A stretch of DNA of 64,000 bases from positions 8,618,001 through 8,682,000 of the forward strand of contig JAGIQG010000016.1 of NCBI GenBank assembly GCA_024679065.1, in the 5' to 3' direction. A model generated the notes under the pieces. It searched no databases and was not told where the DNA came from. It saw nothing but the letters and a program-made list of their open reading frames with translations. The stretch is from Sphyrna mokarran (lineage: Eukaryota). Positions 40,461-54,760 of this stretch are shown piece by piece. Made by a program: the position numbers and the translations under genes. Position 1 is the stretch's first letter; every line of letters begins with the position of its first letter.

Positions 40461-41571
40461 CTTACTACAACCCAGCAGTCATAACAGGCCAAGTTTTAAT
40501 AGTGAATTGCATCTGTCCATCGATCACGCGTGTAAATATTTTCTATATTTTTTGAAATTGACAGAATTCAATCAGACCAAACCTCGTTTAACCTTAGCAA
40601 AAGGAATCTTAAGGTAAAATGAATTTAACCTTAGCAAAATGAATCTTTTTTCAAAAAAAGAAAGAAGTCAGAAGCATCATATCCAGCAACCATGTATCCA
40701 CTCCCGCACTTGCTCACATCGATTGAATTTATCACTAATAGCTGACGGCTATACATGAAATTATGGGACAATATTCGCAAATATAAAATCGGATAGAAAT
40801 TTTGGTATTCATTTCGGTAACTTAAAATGCAAATATTGCCAATGCGTTTTCAATGCATGATGTTAAGGTCACACTCCTGTGAAGCACGGCGTATTGATCT
40901 GACAACGTTCTAAATGAGTAACAACTCAATGGATGGGAATAACAATGCGCACAGTTCATTCAATTATAGATAATTACTGTTTATCAGTATTTTCAGAAAA
41001 AAAGTCATCATGGCAAATGAAACAATTGATAGTTAAATTGCAACGAAATAAAAAAAAGGCTGGAAATCACTTAACAGTTTAATCAGTAATTATTAGAGAA
41101 ACCTGATTATTCTGTACACTTTGAGATATTTTCAGGTACATATGTTAGGCATGACGAAAGATTTAAGAAGAGCTATCAGAATGAGCTCGGAAAGGAAAAT
41201 AATACTAATAAAAATGCCTTTTAGAGTAAGTGAGATTATAATCGCCTGAAATAAAAAAAAATGACAGCTGACTCGATCAGTTTCCAGAAAGTTAATTGAA
41301 ATTGGCAATGAGATGAAAACTACTTTACTTTGCTGGCTGATGACTTAAGCGTTAAAAACTTTCAAGATTAGATTTGCAAAACACATCAAGATTCGATGTT
41401 TAACATACATTTAGCACACGATTCTGAAATGGCAAGTTATCTAGTTTGCAAGAGAAAACATAAAGATTTGAGTTAAAACAGGTTCTGCTACAGTGACGAG
41501 CAGTTTATGCTCTTGAGTTGTGATTAAATGACCAACGTTATTTCCATATTCCTGCGTTATTTTATTCTCAC

Positions 41572-41607
41572 CTGCATCTTGTAGTTCCTTATTTAAAGCT
41601 GCTATTT
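41572..41607 (-). CDS. 36-nt micro-exon EIAALNKELQDA
   Basis: ggtattcatgacag|AAATAGCAGCTTTAAATAAGGAACTACAAGATGCAG|gtgaga. Confidence 0.9.
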
Positions 41608-42269
41608 CTGTCATGAATACCAAAAAAAAAAATGGTTTGCTTGTATTAAAATTAAATAATCACAATCTGGCTTCTGACTCAATTATATTGCTCTTGGGAA
41701 TCTGCTGACGCGGCACCGAACACATTGAGCTTTACAAGCCGATTTTTTCGGCAGATTTCGTGTTGGTAAACCTCGTCTGCTCACTATTCAGAATAGGAAT
41801 AGTGTTTCCCTCTCAAGCATTTCACATAGCTAGTTGTATTCCAAAAATCAACTAAGTGGGCAGAATCAGAGCTTCATTGCAATGAAGAAGGGCTGGCACA
41901 CTCTAAGAGGTGTGTTTCGGATGGAGCAGTATTCATGCCAGATATATATATATTTTCCCCTACGGACGCCAAGTTACCCTTTGTCAAAATGCGTTATACA
42001 ATAATGTAGCTGCGTTATATTTTTCCTGATTCGATAATTGTGGGATCCTTTTGCAGAACTATCGCACAACAGTGAAAGAGTAATCACCTTCAAAATTTTA
42101 CCGGTCAGCCAATTGATTATTACCAGGAGTCGCAAGATGTCTCTCTCTAAATCTTCAGATGCAGTTAAATAACTGAAGGAGTGTATACTCACATTCAGGA
42201 AATATATCGCACTTAAGATATATCTATAAAAACAGATCTATAAACATAGGTTGGATCTATAAACATATA

Positions 42270-42368
42270 CAGGGATCACGGGTAGAAGTGGGAACATCGA
42301 GGTGGCGGCGCGGGCTCGTTGGGCCGAAGGGCCTGTTTCCCGTGCTGTTTTGTCCTTTGTCCTTTGTT
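42270..42368 (+). mobile_element. Short CR1/SINE 3' tail fragment
   Basis: ggcggcgcgggctcgttgggccgaagggcctgtttcccgtgctgt is nearly identical to ~27951-27995; (TGTCCTT)n tail. Confidence 0.8.
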
Positions 42369-42387
42369 ATTTAATACAAAACGTTAC

Positions 42388-42414
42388 CTGAGTCTTTTTC
42401 TCGCGTTTCCTCAT
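42388..42414 (-). CDS. 27-nt micro-exon DEETREKDS
   Basis: attttatcttcag|ATGAGGAAACGCGAGAAAAAGACTCAG|gtaacg. Confidence 0.9.
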
Positions 42415-42619
42415 CTGAAGATAAAATGCAAGAGAACATAATTTAAACAAATGCAAATGATAGAATTTTACGTTGCTAAAGAAAAGTGAAACGACGTAAT
42501 TTAAACTTAAGTAATGTTGTCAGATAAATATTCATATTCAGGAACAGTTTGAAATTCAGATCGCCGTCTTTGATTCGGACTATGTACTTTTTCTTCACAA
42601 GTGACCTCGGTTTAAGAGA

Positions 42620-43840
42620 CGATTTTTATGGAATACACCTCTAGTCTGACTAACTTAATGGAGATTTTAGAGGTAGTCTCCACTAGAGCGGTGGAGTGAC
42701 ATTAATAGACAGTTTTTAAAAAATATATGTTTATAGCTAAAAGGGGTTTGGCAAGGTATGCTAAGTCATGAGATAAGATTCAATGGCGTTGGAAAATATA
42801 TACTGGCATGGATAGGAAACTAGCCCTGCAGGAAATAAGGACTGGAGTTAAAAGTGTCCTTTACATGTTGGCAGCCCACAACCGTGATGTTCAATCAGAA
42901 TCAGTGTTGGGCTCGCAGCTGTTCACTATATATATGAATTACATGGAGGAAAGGAGCTGATGTTCTGCAGCCAATTTGCAGATTGCAATACCGAATGGAA
43001 ATACAAGTGAGAGGGAAAGAGATATTGAAAGGTTATTTAAGAGTATAGACCGTTTGCAAAACGAGTGCAACATACGAATATATGAAGTTGTTCAAATTGA
43101 AAGGGAGAACGGAACATATAAATGGAGAAATATTGCAAAAAATCGGCAGCACAACAGAATTTAGAGATACTTGTGCAGAGAACACATAAAACAATCACAT
43201 ATGCGCAGCAGATCATCGGCAAGCTGAATTCAACATTTGCACTTCTTCCAAGAGGTTTGGAGTAAAGAAGTATGGAACACTAGCTGCAACTGCACAAGGT
43301 ACTGGTCAGGCCATATCCGGAATACTGTTAATTGTTTCGTCCCCCTTATTTAAGTAAATATGTTATTGGACACAGATCAGGGTAGGTTCACTATCATGAT
43401 CCCTAATATCGAGTAACAAATGTGAGACACGTTGGGTCTCTCGTCATTTGATTTTAGATGAATAATTACTTATGTAATCGAAACAGGTAAGATTTTTGAA
43501 GTTCTGATCTGGTAAATGTTGAGAGGCTATTTCCCTGCAGTGGTCAGTCTGGGACTAATGGGCATACTGTTAGAATAAAGGGGCGCCAATTTAACACTGG
43601 CTATACAGGAATTTCTTCTCTCAATTGGCTGTGTGTTCGCAACGTTTTACCACGTACAGTTTTGGGGCTAGATAAGTTGTTCACATTAAGGGCGGAGATG
43701 GATGGATTTTTGATCAGTAAATATTCAAGTGTTACAAGGAGGGAACAGGGAAATTGGCATGCAGAATGCCTGATTAACCACTTTCCCATTAAATGGCGGA
43801 ACAAATTCGAGGGTTCGACCTAATTCTGTTCCTATGTAGT
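42620..43840 (+). mobile_element. Decayed CR1 LINE (RT to 3' end)
   Basis: Traces of SVLGSQLFTIYMNY, LLQLHKVLVRPYPEYC and T.GH...IKGRQF; tail cctaattctgttcctatg. Confidence 0.75.
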
Positions 43841-44159
43841 AACGTCCGCTGTAATTTCACTTCAAAGACAAATGTGATCCTGAATTTTAATTTCACTTAA
43901 ATTGCTTCACAGTTCTTGGGTCAATCACCTCAAGCTCCGGATCTTACACCGTCCCCACCCCACCAGTGGACGAATGTATGCAAACTGAGCTGCAACAATG
44001 GTGATATTCGGTCATCACTACTTCCTCAGGGGAAATTGTTCATGGGTAATGAATACGATTCTAACCAGTGACCCCAACATTCTCTCTAATAAGTGGCAAG
44101 TAATAGATTAGGAGATAGTTAGAGGTGGAAACATCTCATGGCTGAAATGGGTATACGCC

Positions 44160-44880
44160 TCTGAATGTACAGCCAAAATACTTTCCAACTCTATTTTCAA
44201 ATTTGTTGATGCAATCATCATTGCGGGGTCTAAAACAATGGCAATAGTACAGGGTAATCTCTCCCTCAATGTTAGCAAATCGAATTAGATAGTCATCGAC
44301 TTAAACAAGCAGTGGCAGGCATGCCGCTCTCTATATCAAAGGGGATGAGTAGAAATTGTCGAGGGCTTCACGTTTTTAGAATCCAGATCACCAACAAACT
44401 GTCATTGGACGCTACATGCAAGCGCTATAGTTCAGAAAGCCCGCCAATACCTTTACTCCCTAGGGAGACTAAGAAGATTCGGCATGTCTGCTACAACTCT
44501 TCCCAACGTACACCATTGAAAACATTATTTACGGTTGTATCACTGCTTGATGTGGCCTCCACTCTGTCCAAGGCGGCAGTAAACTACACAGGAAGTCTTA
44601 TCCATCACTCAAATCGCCCTCTCACCCATTAATGTTGTCTGCTTTCTCCACTGCCTCGAAAAAAAGCACCAGCACTATCAAGACCACACACACTGGAAAC
44701 TCTCTTCCTTTCTTCGATGTTGCAGAAGGTACAAAGTTCTGAGTACAAGAAATAGACTAACTGATTCAAAAACAAGTTCTTCCCTGCTGCCATCCCTTGG
44801 AGAATGGGATAATAAACGAGGCACCCTTCCAAAACCTAAGTTTTGCAGCACCCTTCTGTCAGTGCGCACCCACTAATATG
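44160..44880 (+). mobile_element. Decayed Rex1/Babar-type LINE 3' part
   Basis: aatctctccctcaatgttagcaaa (NLSLNVSK); ccagcactatcaagaccacacacactggaaactctcttcc; aacaagttcttccctgctgccatc. Confidence 0.7.
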
Positions 44881-46099
44881 ATGTTTTATGCAATATAATG
44901 AGAAGTTTGAGATAAACCGTCATGCCGCATAAAGTACGGTAATGGATCTCCATGACGAAAGTGTCCTAATCGTTAATCCATTGCAAGGCACATCCCCACG
45001 TGAAAACCCGGTTACATTTCAGCTCCAGATATACATTGGTGGAATAGTAGAACATTGTGCTCTCGAAGGTGCATAGCTGGCATGGTGCAAATTTAATTAT
45101 TCCATGTATGTTCACACTGGCTCGCTGAACTATGCAGAAAGAAAGTTAAATTAGTGCAAATCATCAGGCTTCCTCCAGTTGATTTTAGTAAGCCTGCATA
45201 AGCAGTCAATGTTCACCAGCCTGAACGAAAATTGAATTTTTGAAGTCCATGTTGCATTAATATGCAATACACTGCATTATCCCTAGAGACACCCGCACAC
45301 TGCCTGTAATGAACCTGTTACACAATAATCACCTTCAATTATACCGGCATCGCATGGTTCCCAGTGACGGATCTCCCTTGAGAGCATCTACATTCTGATG
45401 TTGCAATCATATTTCAATTCCTGTGTTTTCTTCTAACGGAGTTTTAGAGTTGCAGCCATCAGTGTTCTGCATGCAGAGCATTGATGTGCCATAATTTCTA
45501 TTGCACATCTGTTGAAGGGTTCTGGGCTTCTTCTCTCCATAAATATTTGACGCTGCTGTCTTCCTCGCCTCAAATCCCACAACATTGTGTACCTTTTCTT
45601 CCAGGCATCCTGTCAGCTTCCCCCTTCTCATGTTCTTCTACTTTTCCTCAATGGATGTTATCGCTCCAATTTACACCACAATGCCCGGCTCTCTGAATCG
45701 TTGAACTTGGAATTACTAAAAAAGGCATTTTCAATTAAAAAAACACAAACGAATAATTATAACAGAGAGGAGATTTGGCCTCATCAAAATGAAATGAATC
45801 CAACATATTAATTTGTGCACTTAAATGTTCCAGCCATACTGATAATTGGTTCCAACTGCATTTTGGAAAGATAGATATACACATTTCTCCTTCAAAAACG
45901 GAACAATGATTTTCCAAAACTCTGACACTGGAGATGTACCTTCTAAAAGTGTTATTGCAGCGAGAAGAAAATTTACTTAATTACACAGATCGACCACCTT
46001 TAAAAAAATAAATACACTGGATGGTCTTCAAGCATTTTGTTTTGCCTAATACTGTATTCATTTAAACCACGTGGTCACATCATAAATAGCAACCAATAT

Positions 46100-47560
46100 C
46101 ACCAACTCTAAATTGGGTACCCGGATAACCACACAGGTTATCTGGGACCAGCTGGCGGTACATTCGTAGACATCTTTAAGCACTCTGTACACCAACGTGA
46201 GTTTCCTATCTGCTTCAATCGGCTTCATTATCCCTGCATCAAAGGAACGCCAGGCAGCGTGTCTTCATATGTATCACAAATTAGCTCTGACACCCATCAT
46301 TACAAAGTACTTTGCAAGGTTACTCATGGCTTAGGTCAATTTGGCTTCCAAGTTTGCCTTGTTCCACTATAGTTTGCAGATTGCTGCAACAGGTCCACAA
46401 CAGACGTCACTCCTCTTGGCTGTACACTCATGGCAGGAACACCTGGATAACAAACACATTTATTTCAAACCCGTATTTATTGATTGCAGCTGGGTCTTTA
46501 ACACCACTGTACTCAAAGTTTATCCACCAAACTTCATTCCCTGGGGATTGGCTCCTCCAAATGTGTCTACATCATAGGCTTCCTAATCCCCACACCAAAA
46601 TCATCAAGGACAGACAACAAAACATCCTCCACAATTAATGTCAACACTGGTAGTGGACAAGGCTCTGTCCTCACATCATTATTATACTGCTTATACACCT
46701 ATGACTCTGTGGTCAATTTCACCTACAATTCCAATTTTTTAGCTTGCTGATAACACAACAGTATTGAGAAGGATCTCAAACAATGATGAGACAGATAATA
46801 GGAAAGAGATAGAGAATCTGGTGGACTGACACAACAACAATATTCTCTCCCTCAAAGTCAATGAAATGAAGGAAATAATCTCGACTTCGGATCGCATAGT
46901 GGAAGACATGTCCATCTCTACCTCAACAGGAGAAGTGAACATGGTTGAGGAAATCAGTCTTTTTGGGTATCCAGTCACCAACAACCTTCCTTAGTCCCAG
47001 CACGCAGACACAGAAGTTAGGGAAGCTTGCCAATGTTTCCACTTTCTCAGGAGGTTCAGGAAATTTGTCATGTCTGCTAAGACGCAAAACAACAGATTCA
47101 TTACACAAATCATTATTTATGTTTGAATCACTGCTTCGCATAATTACTGCTCTGCCCAGGACCACAAGAAATTACAAACTCCATGAACCAAGCACGGTCA
47201 ATCATGCAAACCATCCACAAACCAACCATTCATTCACGCAGTCCACACTTCTGGCTGCTTCGAAAAAGTTGCTTGCATAATCAGTGACCGCACGCATACA
47301 AGATATGGTATCTTCCAACTTTCCTCCAAGTGGAAGATACAAAATATCTGACACCACGATCAACTGACTTTAGTACAGTTACTTCCCTACTGGCATCATA
47401 ACATATAATGAGTTGATCTTACTATATACCCGAGGCATCACTGAGAAACCATCTTCCGCAAGGTCTCCTTTCCCTCTCCATGAATATGTTTTGCCTCTAT
47501 GGTGTGCAAGAAACAATGTTTCTCATTAAATTAATGCAAGTGGCAATAATGAATCGATAA
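46100..47560 (+). mobile_element. Decayed Rex1/Babar-type LINE (RT and 3' end)
   Basis: EHLDNKHIY...FIDCSWVFNT; LYCLYTYDSV; LADNTTVL.RISNNDETDNRKEIENLVD. Confidence 0.8.
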
Positions 47561-47784
47561 TACACGCCCAAACATTTGCTCCCTAATGATGGAAAAGTTC
47601 ACAATTTTGCAAAGCACAGTTAGTGGTGGAGGGATATCTATTCTAGTAGGCTTCAGGTCTTCATATGGCGCAAGTGAATGTCCTTCATATACCTTAGCAT
47701 TCCCCGCCCTTTCCCCAGCAGAATATGCTGTCTATCTACTGCATGGGAGATTTCGCCTCCAAATGCACCGAAAATTAGAAGACC

Positions 47785-48310
47785 TTAAGACCATAAAATA
47801 TTGGAAATGAATTAGACCATTCGGCCCATCAAATATACTCCACCATTCGGCTCGTATGACTTTCATCTCATTCTCCTTCCGTCACCCTACAATCTTTAAT
47901 TCCATTACTGACAAAGACCTTATCTATCTTAAACCACTCAATGACTTGGCCACAACAGCCTTCTATAACAATATAACAATATGTTCCACAGATTCCGATC
48001 TGCGTGAGCAACTTTAAAGCATTGAATAATGCAAAGGAATAATGGGCAATAAAAACAGACTTCCGCATCACGGAAATGACTTTGTCGTGAAACAATACAA
48101 ATGAGGCGCCTCTTATCATTCACAAGATAGTTTACTTCAGTAAGAGATTCATAAAGGAACAAGCATAGAAACAGGTCATTTAGCCCAACCAGTCTAGGCC
48201 AAACACGGTGACAACCCAATTAATCCCAATCTTTCACGGTTGCCTCATGTCCCTCTAATCCTTTCCCATTCATGTGCTTATCCATATGTTTTGTATATGA
48301 TGCTACTATC
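47785..48310 (-). mobile_element. Two short decayed CR1 3'-end fragments (~47785-48000 and ~48150-48310)
   Basis: agaccataaaatattgg...gaccattcggcccatc and catagaaacaggtcatttagcccaacc are reverse CR1 tails. Confidence 0.6.
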
Positions 48311-49140
48311 ATGCATTGGAAGCGGCGTTGGGGAGGCGAGGTCAGGCTGCAGGGATTGGCATAGGGTTGTAGCTTCAGTTAATGAAGTGTTACCCTGATA
48401 GTTGAAATTTAGTTCACATCTGCAAATTCTAGACGCTCCAGCATAAGTTTACCAATAATGCATGGATTCTTGCTCCCTGCTGAATGCATTATGCAATTGA
48501 GTGTGGGCCGCGGTGGCTATTAAGAGTTACTGAATTACAACTTCAATATCGTGGGCTCTCTTTCGAATACGGGGCTTTCCTGGTGCGCGTAGTCTGCAAA
48601 CCACTGCAAAACAGCACACAGGCAACATCGTCAGGTCGGATATTATGTTAGGAAAACCAAGACACATAACAAAACGTGTTTTCCACCCAAAGCTTCCGTG
48701 GAGGATCATGGAAATAATTGGAGGTAAATGTGGGAACACTATATTAAATAACTGCATTACTGGGACAAGATGCATGTCGCCCCTCTTCCCGCGGATGTAC
48801 TGACAATTGGACAGCATTCTATGCAAGATACTTCTAAGGACACCTTTGTTGTCATATTCGTTTCATGTTCGTATACATTAATCAGAAATAATACATATTC
48901 GAGCAAACTGATATAATGGATCTCGTGTTTTTACCGTCATGAAACGCCTCACTGATTTTATGTTTTTTTTTACCAAAACAGAGCTCATAATATGCAACTG
49001 TTCTGGGCTGGTGTGTAACGTTTTCTTTATGCATAAGTAGTCAATAAGCAATGATGATTTAACTCCGAATGCCCTTGTTCAATTAGAATGCATTTTACTA
49101 TATTGTGGGTAACTTCAAAATAGACCATATGTTTCCTCAC

Positions 49141-49167
49141 CGTCAAGTTTTTCCTTTGCTTCGAGTA
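49141..49167 (-). CDS. 27-nt micro-exon VLEAKEKLD
   Basis: catcatattttag|TACTCGAAGCAAAGGAAAAACTTGACG|gtgagg. Confidence 0.85.
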
Positions 49168-49619
49168 CTAAAATATGATGAGGAAAATACAATGTAAGAT
49201 AAGTAGTGTCATGCAGGCTCCTTCAGCACCACGTGCCTTATCAAAATAAACTAATGAAAGAATGTTAATCTAGTTTAATCTATAAAAAGGTGTGAATTGA
49301 CGTCATTCCTCTGAGACAATCTAAAATTAATGGCATGCTAAAATATATTAACACATTCATTATAAAGCGAAATAAAACATTAAATAAAACCTTGATTCGT
49401 TTTACTGGTAAATAAATGAACAATACATTGTTGCAAGCGTTGGACAATCAACTCGATCTAGAGCCCCATTATTCAAAAAGCGCAGGGTTATATTCAGTTC
49501 CATTATGTGTTAAATATCGCTCAATATTGTAGCGAGTAAAACCAAAATTAACTGTAATTCAGACAGTATAGCCATTTCCTGAATTTTGAGAGCTCTAATT
49601 GTTCTGTGATTGCTAAGAA

Positions 49620-49880
49620 TCATAGTGCTACAATGCAAAAGAAGGTCATTCAGCTGGTACCCACGCAAGACTGGTTAGCGTAACCATATGCATTTACCCC
49701 TGTAGTCCGTCTGACACCAATATGCAATTTAGCATGACCAATCCACATATCTGTGGATTACAGGAGGAACGCAGAACGCTCGAAGGAAACCACAGACAGT
49801 GATCTAAGCCAGAATTCGAAACCAGGTTTTTTGTCGCTGACAGGCAGCAGTGCCAAGTGCTTGCGCCATCATTTGGCCCC
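49620..49880 (-). mobile_element. Decayed V-SINE
   Basis: gcaatttagcatgaccaatccac...tgtggattacaggaggaacgcagaacgctcgaaggaaaccacagacagtga...gaattcgaaacc. Confidence 0.6.
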
Positions 49881-50438
49881 TTTGGCTTCGCCTTTTTGTT
49901 TTTGTTTGAGCGGTCTAGCAGTGTTTTCTCTTTTTTATTTAAAGCCGTCATATTCACTGCAATTAATTGTGTGAAGTGATTTGTGGGTATGTTTCCAAAA
50001 CAGCTTAAAAATTATGAAATTGAAGGACGAAGTCGGGTTTTGCAGTTTTTTTATTAATTACTTTAAAATATTAGATAGATTGAATACTTGTTGAATAAGA
50101 TGCTTGTGAATATTAGTGTCAGAAAAGTAAAACATACTTCGGATATGCAGATACATCTGGTGGAATACAGACGATATTGTCAACTCTTTAAGGCAACTGC
50201 TTTTGCAAATGTAGTAATGAAGTGCAAACAGAAACTTTCCGGTGGAAAACATGGAAATGTCAATGGCATACTGAAGAACCAAGAGTGCAACCAATATAGC
50301 ACTGATTAAAAAAAGTTCACTCACTTCAAATGAGACACGCATTACATTGAATATACAAACTTATGCTAACATGGTATTGCTCCTGATGATTTTGTTCCTC
50401 AATATGATATATTAACGACTTGAGATATAACTCCTTAC

Positions 50439-50453
50439 CATTGTTTGCTTTTT
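50439..50453 (-). CDS. Candidate 15-nt phase-1 micro-exon EKANN
   Basis: aacttgttcacag|AAAAAGCAAACAATG|gtaagg. Good splice sites and frame-preserving, but outside the 36/27 pattern. Confidence 0.4.
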
Positions 50454-51839
50454 CTGTGAACAAGTTGAACACATATAAGACAAGTTAAATTAATGAAATA
50501 TTACATGCAACATTTAGCATTGTTTCATTGTATTCTCTATTTCAAAGAGAGGAGATTACTTGAAAATCACAATATGGTGCATCTTATTGTATGAAGATGA
50601 ATAACCCTTGGAACGTGATCGGATCATGAGTAAATACCAGGACTTGTCCGAATACGGACTCCACATTCCCGTATTTTGCATATGACTATACATCCTTTGA
50701 TTGGAGAGAGAGAGAGAAAAAAACAATGTTAGGCTTGGGAGAATAAGTTGTGTTTTTTTTTCAGAGGCTAAGTTTTGCGCTGAACTCTAGCAAACAGAAA
50801 GAATCATAGCCACACTATTCAGGTGAAACACATTAATTATTGATCAACTTGCACTGGGCGGCAAATGTTTGGCATTCCAACATTTCTTTGAAGTTACATC
50901 ACATTGACAATTTAATTACACAATTCCCTAAGATTAGCTAACATGTCCACTGATTCATTTCGCTCAAATGAACTAATTATCATTAGTGCATTTCAATCAT
51001 TATTAGTACATTTTGCCATCCTTGGCCAATGATATTTATTTTATTATTGTCATGACACAAGTGATTCACTTTTATTAATTTCTCATGATGCTGTAGAACA
51101 CTGTGCTAATTGGCAAGATATCTGCTTTTTCAATGCGCACTTTTCAGAAATGCTCTTCTGAATATTCTAACAGTGGTATTTGAGTTTATATATAAACACC
51201 ACCTCTGTAATGTATACATTTATGCATAAGGCCGTTTGTGATTCCTATCCTAAATTAATCCACTCAATGTTAATAGTTTGCGAATGTTGTAGTCCCAGAG
51301 TATTCTGAATCCTCTAGCGCAATGGATCGCGACTCCATTGCTGTGTGCGATGCTGAAATTGGAATCCTTTCCCTGTGCATAGCGACAACATCAGCTATCA
51401 ATGAGAATTTGAGTCAGGTATTGATAAAGTATAAACAAAGAGTGATTGTTGGAAAAGACAGGGCTGTAAAAATCAACGTAAGGCTGCATCACCCAAATTG
51501 TATGTGAAAAACACCACAGTACGTCCGCCTTATATACATACACCAAACAGCCAGTCACCTTTCAGAGTAACCAATTTCCAGACTTGCTTGTTGCAATAGC
51601 TTTTACAATGTCCCCTTGCAATGTTCAGACAGCTTCATTTTATAATTTTATACAAGTGTATACAAGTTGTAAATATAATTTGTAATTGTGGTTCCATGAA
51701 AAGCTCACACTACACCCGTTGATGTCTAGATGTCTAATCACAATTTGATATGTTTGGAACGTGACTTCTTTCCTTGTGTATTGTAGTTTGCATGACATGA
51801 AGACGAAAATGCCAGTCACCAATTAACATGATTTTTTGG

Positions 51840-51843
<4 letters not shown>

Positions 51844-51884
<41 letters not shown>
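51844..51884. repeat. (CA)n microsatellite
   Basis: Perfect CA run of about 20 units. Confidence 0.95.
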
Positions 51885-51886
<2 letters not shown>

Positions 51887-54724
51887 TTAAATGTGGAAAA
51901 TATTGCGTATCAGCGAAGCTAAGTTATTATGATTCCAACCACCTAAACTCCGTGCCTTGGAATTAGGATATATCTTGGCTTTGCGTGTTATGCACTTATA
52001 TTACTACGTTGAAAAGTACAGGAACTATAGTCTTGAAATACGCCTTGCAGATTTCAGATAAGTTTTAATCAGCCAGCGATTGAGATAATGGCAAACGTCT
52101 GTTCTCCTCTAGATTGCGCTTGTAAAATGTGAATCGGACGGATAAGCAAAACGGTAAAGGCTGAGACACACTTTGCTAGCATTGGCAACATGCCATGCAT
52201 TAATTGAAACAGGGATGGAATGAACCATTACTCATCCTTCGTCGTGAAAATCATTGTCATAACCTCTGACTCTTTTCTAGTATATTGCAAAGTTCAGCGA
52301 GTGGGCCAGAATGAAAACACAGCAGCCAGATGAATATCCCATTGCTGGGAAACGGCGCCTCAGTCATTTGGTTTTGAAATCGCTAATCTGCTCATTCCAA
52401 TACACAGTCCAGCAATAATATATCTAATGACTGATGTGATACGATGCAGAGCTTGCAAATGTCCCACAATAATACATCCCTTTACTAAAAGACGCATCAT
52501 GCGTATGTGAATCGGTCGTCAATATGCCGGTGCACTGCAAAAATCAGATTGGTAGTGGATGCCAATCTTCGCAATAGCTTTTCGGAGCTACTTGAAATGT
52601 AACCCACTGTGGAATAGACAATTCTGGATATGGTGACAAGAAGAAGAAAATCACGTTTCAGAATCCATTTCAGTTCCCCCACGGGGCAGAGTGAACCGCA
52701 AACTGACTACGCCAACTGTAGCCACCCAACGTAAAACAGACACCATATTTGGACCTCTGTCCCAATGAAATTCGCACTTTATATGTAACATGAAAGAACA
52801 AGCCAGAATTTGAACAACAGTCCAGTAATATAAGCTCTACGCTGTATTGAAATTGATGCATTTTACCTAGGCTCTGGAGTAAAAGTGTGTTCACGGAATG
52901 GCGAATGCTGACTCGGGATAAGTTCCAAACATGCCTATTTAATTCCAGCTTTCCCTCGCAAATTACATGATGATTTATATTATATTATGCTTACTACCTC
53001 CTAAAAGATCTTTTAACTTGAGCTTCCTTCTCTAGTTTGCCTTATTACCAAATCACAGTTGATAAATGTATTTTTTGAGGCATGTGGGGGGAACTGGCCA
53101 GCGTTAATTGAGAGAGGAACATTGAATAAATATTCGCGGATTAGCAATGGCAGGAATTTCTGGGGGTAACTCAATAGACACAACAAAACAGTATCCCAAT
53201 CAGACAAAACAGATTGATGGGTAGACGAGTTCACCGTAGCTGACGAGGAACATCAGGGACAACATGAAAGCAAAATAAATAAAAAAAAATACACTACTGT
53301 GGTGATTAACGAGGAGCCAGATGATATCGAGAAACCTGTATATACCAATAGAGAACCAATAAAATAAATAACACGGGCGAGGGTGAAACATTTAGGGTGA
53401 AGTAACCAGTATTATCAAATAAATTTGCATGAGTTTTATTGTTTACTTTAGATTCATAAATGGTAAGAAAATGAGTCAAAGATCGACATTGAACAATTGA
53501 CATTGTTGTTGCAAGGATGGAATCGAAAAGTTCATGTGGTTTCCAATCGTGCAAAACAAGCCATAGTGGTGATTTGTTTCAGAGGTACCAATGATGTGTT
53601 ACCGTTAAACGGTAGACGAAAATGTCCCATTGAGTATGTTTTAATGTTCACTGGTCGACCAGGAATGGTCCTGCGTGACAAAATCGTAGTGGGGAAACAA
53701 GGAACAATGTTTTTAATTTTTCTTCCGCCTTGAGTAGATCGTTGTTTGACTTTCTTTTTGCATTAAATGATAGTAGAGGTAAAACTTTTCATCTCAGTTA
53801 GAAGTTGTCTGCACGTGCAGCTCTGTGCGTTCTAATATCCCGGGCTATGCATTAAATCTCGCAAAAGGTTAATTCGACTGGATGGCTGTGCAGAAACATA
53901 ACATACTGTTAAGTGGTGCACTAAACATGCTATGGTTCAACTTGCCTCCTCTCCGATCGTTGTGTCGATCAAATATCATCTCTTTGCTTTTCCACGAGTA
54001 ATGCAACGCGTACCCGTTGCTCATTGTAGGTGGATAAAAATGCCTTTAGCACAATTGGAATTACCACATAATGCAGTTCACACCGTAGCACTCCCTACCC
54101 CTGTACTGACATTTTATATCTCACGCGTCCCCACCAAATAACATTTATTTGTGTGAAAATAAATTTTCACAATAAATCCGTCTCCAAAACGACTTTTGCA
54201 GAACTCTATATGATTTCACAAACTATGTAGATTCACCAATATGCACTGCACCAACACGGAACATTACATGACCTGAGCAGCACGCATTCTCTGGAAAAAT
54301 AAAACAATATCCAAATCATTGCTGATGTCAATAATCAATACGATGAAGTTACCCCTCTCTCTTGTACAAACTCTCCAATAAACGAACTCGTGCTTACGTA
54401 ATACCACCTGCATAACATGTCACAAGAACTGACCACAAACGCATAGTTCCTCACCATACCAAAACTCACGCACGCATTGTATCACGCTTTTCCAAAATTA
54501 TTTTAAAATCACGCTGAAATGAAGATTACAAACCTGATAATTTATCCACTTCACATTTTAACATTATGTTCGTCCGACTGAAACGTTAGCACAGCAAACC
54601 CCCATGTAATAGTGAAGGATCAAAATTTGCAGTCAGGTTAATTGATGTTCAATTAATTTAATACAAATTGCACACAAATTGAACTTGAAATGTGCTTGTT
54701 TACTATTTCATATACTTTGCTCAC

Positions 54725-54760
54725 CTAATTGTTCGCATTTTTTTTGGAGGTCCTTTATTT
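54725..54760 (-). CDS. 36-nt micro-exon EIKDLQKKCEQL
   Basis: gatctgttttgaag|AAATAAAGGACCTCCAAAAAAAATGCGAACAATTAG|gtgagc (AAG acceptor). Confidence 0.9.

Noticed and set aside
45940-45975. 36-nt segment VNFLLAAITLLE as the missing exon
   Set aside because: No polypyrimidine tract, AAG acceptor and composition unlike the charged repeats.
48453-48479. 27-nt segment AGSKNPCII
   Set aside because: No Lys7, contains Pro, weak sites; likely chance.
53235-53335. Hydrophobic TM-like minus ORF (...SVFFFIYFAFMLSLMFLVSY)
   Set aside because: The hydrophobicity comes from a poly-T tract, and its phase-2 start is incompatible with the flanking phase-1 exons.
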